Shown: one piece after another, positions 9,238-17,134 of the stretch
Layout of the letters: the number at the start of each line of letters is the position of its first letter
Position numbering within the stretch: the first letter of the stretch is position 1
Origin: Octopus sinensis
Lineage: Eukaryota
NCBI RefSeq assembly: GCF_006345805.1
Contig: NW_021824976.1
Location: 1 to 17,134, forward strand
Length of the DNA stretch: 17,134 bases
Reading direction: 5' to 3'
Notes under the pieces: generated by a model
Database searches by the model: none
What the model was told of the DNA's origin: nothing
What the model saw: the letters and a program-made list of their open reading frames with translations, nothing else
Translations under genes and position numbers: made by a program

Positions 9238-10501
9238 CAGTGTTCCCTCTAAGCTGCGCGCGTGCGCGGCCGCGCAGCAGTTTGCACCTTGCTGCGCAGC
9301 GAAATTTTTTCTGCGCAGTAGAAAGTATATATATTAAAATTGAAATATTACTCCGGACTGTTTATACTGTTTTCAGTCGATCAAGTATAAAAAAGCTGCA
9401 TTTCAGGACCTGGCTAATGTTGTTGTTGAAGATGTCGTTTCATTTAAGCCACTAATGAAGTGAGATGGATGTCTCGGCATTTTGCTGTTAAAGCTTTGAT
9501 AAAAAAAACTACACATTTTAATGAATATTTCAAGAAACAGGTTGAAGATTGATAATGATCCGATTGCAAAATATTGCTTAAAACAACTTCAAAATCCTCT
9601 TATTCATGTTGCTTTAAGTCTTAAATGAAATTTTGGCTGAATTAGCAGATTTGTGCACCGTTTTCCAAAGAAGCTGTATATCGACCATAGAAGCTGTACA
9701 GTTTACCAGAGCAAAAATTTCGAAGCTGAAATCTCAATATTTGGATGGAAATGAAATTACTGGAGTGACAGTGTGAAGATGTTGTTATCAACAACTGGTT
9801 ATGGAGATACAAATACAGATGAAATCCTATGCTTTATCGAGCATGTTTATCTGCATTTACAAGAAAGATTTCCAGCTGACGAATTAAGAGAATGGGTAGC
9901 ATTTGACACTCAAGCAATTCAAATCACACAAACTTGAATTTGGAAAAGAGGAGATAATAAATTAGCGAAAAAATATGAAAATTTACTCTCTTCAGAAGTC
10001 CCACTCATAAAACTGCAGTCGGAATATACAGATCTCAAGTTTATTTTAAAAGAAAAACTGCACTCTGGTGCTTTGAAAACATTTGAAGATGTAATTTACT
10101 ATATACTAGCGGAGAAAAAATTTTCAGCCACTGCAACATTTGTGGATATTTGTGGCACATTTCAAGCGTCGAGTGCTGATGCTGAACGTGGATTTAGTTT
10201 GATGAACTGTATCAAAACTAAACTACGTAATAGACTTGAGATTGACCATTTGGAGATGATCATGCGAATCAAGTTCTATTTAACAAGTGGGAATACAGTG
10301 GATCTTGATCGAGTATACAAATTTTGGATACAAAATAAAAACAGAAGAGAATATCCAATTGACTAGACCTATTTTTTAACCATTGGTTTTTTAATTGTAA
10401 AATTTCCCCCCCCAAAAATTTTTTGCACACGTCACTTTATAACGCTGCACAATGCAATGTGCCCAGCGCGCATAGCTACCACTCGCTTAGAGGGAACACT
10501 G
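9238..10501 (+). mobile_element. Internally deleted hAT transposon with a ZNF862-like transposase
   Basis: Perfect 17-bp TIRs CAGTGTTCCCTCTAAGC / GCTTAGAGGGAACACTG. 8-bp TSD GCACCGGG at 9230-9237 and 10502-10509. Confidence 0.96.
9337..10366 (+). pseudogene. hAT transposase C-terminal half including the dimerisation domain
   Basis: IEILLRTVYTVFSRS, EVRWMSRHFAVKAL, DPIAKYCLKQL, TFQASSADAERGFSLMNCIKTKLRNRL. Several frameshifts; the N-terminal zinc finger and first catalytic aspartates are missing. Confidence 0.88.
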
Positions 10502-10509
10502 GCACCGGG

Positions 10510-11121
10510 TGGTACAGGTAAGAACTATCTTCCAAATTTATTGTTAGCGAAGGTGGGAAGCGACAATTAAATAGCAGTAGCATCCTCTGTAATTCCTTTA
10601 ACTCTTTTAGATGGCGGACGAACAGCACATTCAACATTCCGTTAAATCTTTCTTACAATACTGAACCGGTTTGTAATGTGAAAAAAATTTAGTTGCGGGT
10701 CATAGAATTATGAATTCTACGTTAATCGTTTGGGTTGAATCCACAATGGCTCATAAAGGCGCATTTGAAGCAGCGACAGAACATATAGAGATACCAAAAA
10801 TTGTGAAGAACTGTTGTTTGGGGGAGCAATAGTTGTATTAGCAGGTGCTTTTAGACAAACTCTGCCGATTATTCCAAAAGGGACGCCTGCGGATGATTTG
10901 AATGCCTCCTTCAAATCTTCATACTTGTGGACATACGTCAAAAGGTAAGCTTAGATGTAAATGTATGTGCACATTTACAAGTGGTCGATAGCATATTTTC
11001 AAAGATCTTTTTAGATATTGGAAATGGGGCAATTACTTTAGATTTACAAGATCAGAAAATTAGGCTACCGGAGGAATTATGTATATATGTGAATACAGTA
11101 GAATTATTCAGTTCGTTGAAT
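10510..11121 (+). pseudogene. Host Helitron PIF1 helicase fragment 5
   Basis: GTGK..NLLLAKV..AVASS..LLDGGRTAHSTF; LIVWVESTMAHK (Walker B DE changed to VE); FGGAIVVLAGAFRQTLPIIP; FLDIGNG. Confidence 0.92.
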
Positions 11122-11571
11122 CGATCGTGTCAACTTGTATAAAGAAAATCAATTTTGTGAAAGCTTTCTTTGGAACAGTGGGAGAACTTGTCCGCCAGGG
11201 GTAGAGACCCTTTACAAGCAGTATATCGAGCCAACAATAGGCTATGCATGTGCTGCTTGGGGCTGTAACCTGGCGGCAACGAACCAACTAAAAATCGAGA
11301 AAATCCAAGAAAAATCCATAAACCTACTGAAGGACCATACCGACAGGAAAATTGTTCATCGAACACTGGAGTCTCTTGTAGAGGCAAGTAGGAGGGATCG
11401 TGGAGATGGACCACAAGCATTTCACCGTACATACAGAAAGTGTGTGGGGTCACGGTCTGAACATCGTGAAAAGATGGCTCGACTGTTGAGAAGTGTCGGA
11501 ATCACCTGAACACGTTAGTTAATGGTTAAGACGGTGATTCTGTTTTTGGCTTAAATAATAATAATAATAAT
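11122..11571 (+). mobile_element. 5'-truncated non-LTR retrotransposon 3' fragment (Jockey/CR1/I-like RT thumb region)
   Basis: ORF 11135-11509 contains LYKQYIEPTIGYACAAWG..KIEKIQ. A short 3' UTR and an (AAT)6 tail (11554-11571) follow, then the host Helitron frame resumes. The left boundary is approximate and no clear TSD is visible. Confidence 0.7.
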
Positions 11572-12097
11572 GAACTATCAGAACACTACAGGAACTTCGA
11601 CTGGCTTTCTGAACAAGTTATATTAGCTCCTTTAAATTATGACGTATTTATATAAATTTAGATTTATTAATCAAAATCCCTGTAGAAGAAAGAATATATA
11701 AATTGGTGGACGTTATTATGCGAATATCCAGTTGAATTTTTAAATTCATTAGATCCTTCTGGGATGCAGAATCATCTTTTAAAGTTAAAGATAGACGTTC
11801 CAGTGTTTTTATTGCGAAATCTTGCCCCACCTAAATTATGCAAAAACCGAGGTTAGTTATAAAAAAATTGATGGCTAACGTAATAGAAACGATAATTTTA
11901 ACAGGTAAGTATAGAGGTAAAGCTGTTCATATCCCATGAATTCCCATTATTTATGATGAATTACCATTTTGATTTGAAAGGCTGCAATTTCCTTTGAGGA
12001 TGAGTTTTGCGATAACAATAAACAAGGCTCAGGGATAGTCATTAAATATAGTTGGCTTATTTTTAGAGAGCGAGTGCTTTTCACGTGGACAACTATA
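11572..12097 (+). pseudogene. Host Helitron PIF1 helicase fragment 6
   Basis: [69 protein letters not shown]. Closely similar to 2221-2583. Confidence 0.93.
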
Positions 12098-12665
12098 CAG
12101 CGATACAAATAAAAAACGGAACAGCCAATTTCTCAATTTCTTTCTATATAATGCTTAATTTCTTTTAATAAAAAATCGAATTTCAAGCTATAATCTTAAC
12201 TTTTGCCTTTTATAAAAATCCAAACGTCAAAGATTTTAATATGTATCTAAACCAAATTTTTTTCAAACAAAATAAAAAAGAGAACAATGGTAGTTCAAAA
12301 TTTAGTATGACCCCCCTGAGCATTAATTGCGTCTAAAATTCTGTTCCGCATTATTCCAACAAGGGATGTCGCATATTCTATTGAAAGATCATTCCAAATA
12401 TTTTTTAATTCCTCAAATAGGTCACTCTTTTTTTTAAATTCAGTCCCTTTTATTTTATGTTTCATGAAGGCCCACACCTGCTCGATTGGATTCAAATCGG
12501 GACTTTGAGGAGGCCATTGTAATAACTCAATTCGGTGTTCATTAAAAAAATCTTTAGCCACCTTGCATGTGTGCTTTGGATCATTATCTTGCTGATAAAT
12601 TGGAGACCGGATTCCGGTTTTCTCCAAAAAAGGCAACAAATAGTCCGCTAAGATACTTACATACA
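12098..12665 (-). mobile_element. Truncated Tc1 (DD34E) element: 3' arm and transposase C-terminus only
   Basis: TA (12096-97) is followed by a CAGCGATACAAAT.. end. Minus-strand ORF 12295-12666: QQDNDPKH..WPPQSPDLNPIEQVW..GGHTKF*, with 34 residues between D and E. No second TIR. Confidence 0.92.
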
Positions 12666-12762
12666 TGTGGGATGCTCAAGGGTACGCAGAAGAGAAAATT
12701 TATTCGTATATGCCCAGGAAGGACGGACGACAAACATCGTTTATCAACAGGTATTAAAATAG
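12666..12762 (+). pseudogene. Host Helitron helicase C-terminus
   Basis: [31 protein letters not shown]. The 3' UTR matches 2680-2750 up to 12831. Confidence 0.92.
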
Positions 12763-13338
12763 TGTTGCGTCAAACCAGGTCGTTTTATATATTTACATAA
12801 ACTTAGTTGATTGATGAAACATGCCCTACGCTAAAATTACATCATGAAAATATGATGTTTAACAAGAAAATAGATAGAATATATCATCAATCCGAAATGC
12901 TAACAATATATCATCAATAGGGCAACCAATTGCAATTTTTTGCAATTAAATATAATTTAATTAAAATTCGATAAATAATAAAGTAATGAATAGACATTAA
13001 TTTTAATTATATTTTTATTCGATTTAAATTGCAATTTTTTGCAATTTTTGTAGTCATTTTACAATTTTTTGCAATTTTTTTAAATTAAAAAAAAATTTTT
13101 TTATTAAAAAATAATATAATTATAAGTAAAAGATTATTAAAACGTGTTTTAGTTGTTTGTTGTAATGGGTAAAAGGACAGTGTCACAGAAAATTTCATTT
13201 TATGCAAAGAAATTCCCCGAGTTGTTATTGACAGTGAAGGGAATTTATTTTGCTCCAATTGCTCAACTGTTGTACGGTGTGACACAAAATTTTTTGTTGA
13301 TGCGCACCGTTCTTCAAAAAAACATTTAAAAGCACACA

Positions 13339-13364
13339 GTATTTCTTTGAATTTAAATTTATAG
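13339..13364 (+). other. Predicted 26-nt GT-AG intron
   Basis: GTATTTCTTTGAATTTAAATTTATAG; removal deletes an in-frame TAG and shifts into the frame of ORF 13457 (AHK WTNSS). Confidence 0.8.
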
Positions 13365-13611
13365 AATGGACAAATTCATCTCAGAGTTCACAAACATTTC
13401 TTTCGGCGATAACGGATACTCGAAAGGATTGGGGGATCAAAGTAACACAAGCGTTTTTGGAGGCAAACATACCAATTTATAAAATCAGACATCCTTCCCT
13501 CATACGGCTTTTTGAGCAGGAAACATATCCTTTGCCATCTGAATCATCTTGCAGGTTAAATGTTAAAGAAATATCAAAATATAAAATTAATACCATTCAG
13601 ACTCATTTACT

Positions 13612-13637
13612 GTTGTTTTTTTTAAGTTATTCAATAG
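13612..13637 (+). other. Predicted 26-nt GT-AG intron
   Basis: GTTGTTTTTTTTAAGTTATTCAATAG; removal puts the catalytic FFVCDEAQ motif in frame. Confidence 0.78.
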
Positions 13638-13878
13638 TGGGGAATGTGTTTTTTTTGTTTGTGATGAAGCCCAATCAATGGAACTCGTTTTTTAATTACT
13701 TTGATTGGGAAAATCTCCACTCCAAAAAATCTTCATTTAGTATCGTGTACCAATCTATATTATCCGCCTACTACTTCAACAATTTGTGTTGAGGTGGACA
13801 AAGTAATAAAGAAATTTTCTATTGAACGTGAAAATTTTATATTATTCGTTACAGATGGGGCGAGATATATGACCAGTG

Positions 13879-13904
13879 GTATATATAAATAAATTTAATT
13901 TTAG
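13879..13904 (+). other. Predicted 26-nt GT-AG intron
   Basis: GTATATATAAATAAATTTAATTTTAG; removal joins ORF 13701 to ORF 13916 as TDGARYMTSAGASMKLIY. Confidence 0.85.
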
Positions 13905-14215
13905 CTGGGGCATCAATGAAATTGATATACCAAAATCTTTTCCACGTGACTTGCGTGTCACATTTATTGCACAACTGTGCTCTAAAGATTAAGGCATACT
14001 TCGCAGATGTTGATGAATTGATTTCGTCTATAAAGGCTGCCACAGTCAAAAACAAGAGACGTTTGGAGATGTTTTCACGAATCGGAAATCCACCCGAAGT
14101 TGTGGTTACAAGATGGGGAAGCTGGCTAAAAGCAGCAAAATATTACTCCCAGAATCTTCCAGAAATTATTAAAATCGTATCTGAATTTGAAGGAGATGGA
14201 GTTTTAATACAAAAT

Positions 14216-14238
14216 GTTTTAGTTTTTAATTATTTTAG
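14216..14238 (+). other. Predicted 23-nt GT-AG intron
   Basis: GTTTTAGTTTTTAATTATTTTAG; removal joins ORF 13916 to ORF 14251 (IQNAKKSVNNP). An alternative donor at 14222 (17 nt) is also in frame. Confidence 0.75.
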
Positions 14239-15102
14239 GCAAAAAAATCAGTGAATAATCCTACGTTGTTTCCAAGCTTAACCCAAATCAGTTCAAATTA
14301 TTTGGGATTAATTGAAATGATTTCAAATACTGAATTGCTTGATTACTCCATTGCAACAGCTTATGGTGATCTAAACACCCTAGACTTTACATCAGATCCA
14401 TGCGACATAAAATCCTATATATCAAAAAAGCTTGAGAAATCAGGAATACTAAGTATTCTTGAATTCTCAAATAAGAATCTATCGCCAGAAGTTTATTCAC
14501 ATCTCAGAAAATGTAGCGCAAGTTCAGCATCTATCGAAAGGGCAATATCTCTTTTGACGAAAATTCTTAGTAAAGAGAGGAACTTTAAACCTGAAAATGT
14601 TCAGGAATATTTGATTTCCTATTACAATAAATAATTTCGTTAATTTTTTGCATAATGTAATGTTTACAATTAAAAAAAATTATTTTTGCAATTTTTTACA
14701 ATTTTTAAAATTCATTTTTGCAATTTTTTTTATTAAAAAGTGCAATTTTTTGGTTGCCCTAATCATCAACAATTAATTTTATTCTTTTGAAGCATACTGA
14801 TGTACATGTTACTAAAATATCCAGGAAACATGGCAAAATGACCTTTCTAGTACAGGAGTGGAAGAGCGCAGTGAGTTTTTGAGTCGAAAATAATATCATT
14901 AATTTTGTGATCTGACTTATGCCATTTTTATGCTTTTTAATAAAAAGTTAATAAATATTTTTCAATCTTGAGTTTTAATAATTCATAATTTCATTTTTTA
15001 AAAATTTACAAAAAAATATTTTAAAACTCTTGTACAGTAAAACCTCTCGAATCCGCCAAATTTGGGATCTGGGAAATTACGGCGGATTCGAGAGGTTTTA
15101 CT

Positions 15103-16262
15103 ATTATTATTAGCACTGTCATAGGAACATAATGTAATTTAAACTAATTAAGTTCCCACATGTGCCACATATGAGACTATCTTTTCGGTCATAATTTTCC
15201 ATGATGTGCGGTTGTATGCTATACTCCTGAGAGTATCTAGGTCGTCTCCATTTTTCAGTTGTCTTTTAACGCGTTGTAGTTCTTTTGAGATTACAATAGG
15301 TAATGTATTTCGTGGGCGTCCTCGGGACGCAGATCTTTCGTCCTTTGCGTAATATGATTCCATTGCCCAGTTAGCATAAACATCCTGGTCGAGTCTTAGA
15401 ATGTGGCCCAATAGGCGCCAACGTGCTTCGGTAATGTCCACACTGACGGGTCTGCTGTTGCAGATATTGTATAGGGTGGAGTTCTTGATTTTCTTTGGCC
15501 AGTTGATGCCAATAAGAATTCTTAACTGTCTTCTATGGAATGCATCAAGAGATTTTGATTCAGACTCAGATATTCCCCATGTTCCTCCGTTGTACAAAAG
15601 TATGGGTTTAATAAAAGCATTGTATAATTTGGCACGTAAGGCCGTTCCAACCTCGCGGTTTCGTAGCCAAGTGGTCCGCAGTTTGTTAAGTGCAACAGTC
15701 GATAGCATCTTTCTCCTCATAATGTCTTCACTATCTCCTAAAAGAGTTCCAACTTTTTTCGAGTTTCGCCATTTTTCGTCTGTTCTATTTGCCTCCCGGT
15801 TGATTGTTACATATTCGGTTTTTTCTATGTTCACTTTTAAGAACCATTTTTCCAGTGCCTGGGGAGCAATGTTCAGCAGTTCTTCGAGTGTCGACTTATC
15901 ATGAGACAAAAAGTCTACATCGTCGGCATATATCACTTCAGTTATTGAAGTGGTCTTCACTAGTTTTCTCAGATCTCTTAGTGCCGCTTCAAGATAGACA
16001 ATGAATAGTACAGGTGATATTGAATCACCTTGGGGCGTTCCAATGCTTGTTTTGAAAGATCTTGATTGTACGGGTCCGATCTTCACCGTTAACTCGGTGT
16101 CTATAAGTAGTGCTCGAACCATTCTGATCGAGTCATTGTCAAGAATAGTTTTGAGGATCTCCATTAGCTTGTCTCTGCGGATTGTATCAAATGCCCTGCT
16201 CATATCAATGCCCAATATTGTGGTCGCCATTTTAAATTTCTGAGATATGGCACAGATCCATC
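15103..16262 (-). mobile_element. 5'-truncated RTE-clade non-LTR retrotransposon
   Basis: 12-bp TSD AGAGGTTTTACT at 15091-15102 and 16263-16274. Short (TAA)n tail at ~15103-15112. The RT ORF begins mid-domain. Confidence 0.93.
15148..16230 (-). CDS. Reverse transcriptase, RTE clade, uninterrupted but 5'-truncated (no endonuclease)
   Basis: LGIDMSRAFDTI, GTPQGDSISPVLF, YADD, LKVNIEKT, LYNAFIKPILLY, RWRLLGHILR, RGRPR. The frame stays open to the insertion boundary at ~16260. Confidence 0.93.
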   Translation of the reverse strand: MATTILGIDMSRAFDTIRRDKLMEILKTILDNDSIRMVRALLIDTELTVKIGPVQSRSFKTSIGTPQGDSISPVLFIVYLEAALRDLRKLVKTTSITEVIYADDVDFLSHDKSTLEELLNIAPQALEKWFLKVNIEKTEYVTINREANRTDEKWRNSKKVGTLLGDSEDIMRRKMLSTVALNKLRTTWLRNREVGTALRAKLYNAFIKPILLYNGGTWGISESESKSLDAFHRRQLRILIGINWPKKIKNSTLYNICNSRPVSVDITEARWRLLGHILRLDQDVYANWAMESYYAKDERSASRGRPRNTLPIVISKELQRVKRQLKNGDDLDTLRSIAYNRTSWKIMTEKIVSYVAHVGT

Positions 16263-17134
16263 AGAGGTTTTACTGTATCTCATAAAAGAACAATTCTTGA
16301 TTATTTGGCTTTATTGAGTTTGACAGATTTTATGAAATTAACATTTACTCAAAAAACTCACAAAAAATTTGATCGTCATTTCATCATCAAAAAGCTAGTC
16401 AAAATAACAATTAGTCAACATTATTTCACTCTGGAAACATGTTTGTTGAGGAAACATTAGATATTGATTAATAAAAAGATAAATAAAAATTTTATAAAAA
16501 AATTTTCACTCAGGTTTAAGCATTTGAAGGAAATCAAGTTTGGTAAGTGCCTTAGAACTGTTCTTCCTTTTATTTGGAGATTTTTCACGTCCTTGCTTAT
16601 CCTCTGGTTCTGCAGATAGTTCGGCCTTTCTTTTCTTAGCCTGGGACACAAATTTGAGAATAAATAAAAAAGATACAAGGTCTTAAATTTGAACTTGTTC
16701 CATTTTTTAGAGAAAAGCCATTTTCTTTCGCACGTGAGATAAAATTGTTAGAAGGATATATTTTATTTTTTACTTTACTTTCATAAGACAAAAAATGCTC
16801 AAAATATTTTTCATATTCGATCATTTTTTTTTTTTTTAGTTTTAATAATCCATTAATTTACAAAAACAACTAACACCGAAAATCGTTAAGTTCCAGCGGC
16901 GAGGACGCAGTGTGCGTTGCCCCGAACAATGGCCAGGCGTTGCCCCGAATTCGATCAATTATATTCAAAATGAAACTTTTCTACAAACTCAAAAATTGCA
17001 AAATTTAAATATTTTTTGTTATAAACGCGGAAAAATTTTATCCTACTAATTATTTTCATGGGTGGTTTTTTGACAAATTTGAGAATTTTAGGAGATGGCC
17101 GACCACGTTGAGCTGTGACAAATACCTCGAATTT

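Larger units (their letters stand above)
1..12831 (+). mobile_element. Host Helitron (RepHel pseudogene plus partial 3' UTR), fragmented by six nested insertions; 5' part lies outside the window
   Basis: Joining 1-63, 2792-3111, 6233-6784, 9096-9237, 10510-11121, 11572-12097 and 12666-12831 gives collinear Helitron RepHel motifs: [103 protein letters not shown]. It has many stops and frameshifts. Confidence 0.93.
13165..14634 (+). pseudogene. CGGBP1-like hAT transposase, near-intact, four mini-introns and two 1-nt deletions
   Basis: After splicing: zinc finger LFCSNC..DAHRSSKKH; DDE-type core FFVCDEAQ, FVTDGARYM, HVTCVSHLLHNCA, VTRWGSWL, SSASIERAIS. Frameshifts at ~13222 and ~13674. Confidence 0.88.
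12918..14761 (+). mobile_element. hAT transposon, CGGBP1-like group
   Basis: Perfect 12-bp TIRs TAGGGCAACCAA / TTGGTTGCCCTA. 8-bp TSD ATCATCAA at 12910-12917 and 14762-14769. TTGCAATTTTT subterminal repeats at both ends. Confidence 0.95.
15035..16275. mobile_element. 69-bp pogo/Tigger-like MITE, right TIR split by the RTE insertion
   Basis: TA (15033-34) + CAGTAAAACCTCTCGAATCCGCC, a 23-nt spacer, then GGCGGATTCGAGAGGTTTTACT (15081-15102). The terminal G16275 and TA (16276-77) lie beyond the RTE. Confidence 0.88.

Noticed and set aside
12878-12918. 14-bp direct repeat AATATATCATCAAT (12878, 12905) as an alternative TSD
   Set aside because: The TIR-adjacent ATCATCAA pair already explains the hAT insertion. 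This short AT-rich duplication has no element between its copies.
2449-14055. Other short ORFs (2449-2709, 6109-6336, 9225-9455, 10717-10941, 11130-11453, 11648-11830, 12567-12800, 13085-13285, 13849-14055)
   Set aside because: They are opposite-strand or off-frame shadows of TE coding remnants, or they cross TE junctions.
15401-16243. Plus-strand ORFs 15401-15904, 15804-16004 and 16001-16243
   Set aside because: They are antisense shadows of the RTE reverse transcriptase and have no recognisable motifs.
64-16262. Uni-strand (flamenco-like) piRNA cluster
   Set aside because: The inserts show no orientation bias; they are split about evenly between the two strands.
14840-16400. CTAGT at ~14847 and ~16396 as the displaced Helitron 3' end
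   Set aside because: Neither has an upstream GC-rich hairpin or similarity to 2751-2791.
1-17134. Ciliate-type genetic code (TAA/TAG = Gln), suggested by tiny introns and some internal TAA/TAG codons
   Set aside because: TAA or TAG ends the Tc1 (GGHTKF*), Buster (QGSH*) and both helicases at their expected C-termini. Internal TGA stops also occur, so ordinary decay explains the internal stops.

Overview
AT-rich eukaryotic DNA made almost entirely of nested transposable elements; I see no confident host gene, RNA gene or CRISPR array. A decayed Helitron RepHel gene (+ strand, about 2.4 kb of remnants over 1-12831) is split by six insertions: a related non-autonomous Helitron with a ~95-bp tandem array (64-2791); a TG..CA terminal-inverted-repeat (TIR) element, probably Ginger-like, carrying 53 copies of a TTAGGG-containing minisatellite (3112-6227); a Buster/Charlie-type hAT (6785-9087); a ZNF862-like hAT (9238-10501); a LINE 3' fragment (~11122-11571); and a one-armed Tc1 (12098-12665). 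Downstream lie a CGGBP1-like hAT (12918-14761) and a 69-bp pogo-like MITE split by a 5'-truncated RTE LINE (15103-16262). Most boundaries are fixed by exact target-site duplications (TSDs) and by the host reading frame rejoining. The two most notable observations are six frame-restoring 23-27 nt GT-AG mini-introns inside two hAT transposase genes, and the telomere-like array with RFX X-box-like motifs inside the Ginger-like element. The organism cannot be identified from the sequence. All family names come from motif recognition by eye, not database searches.
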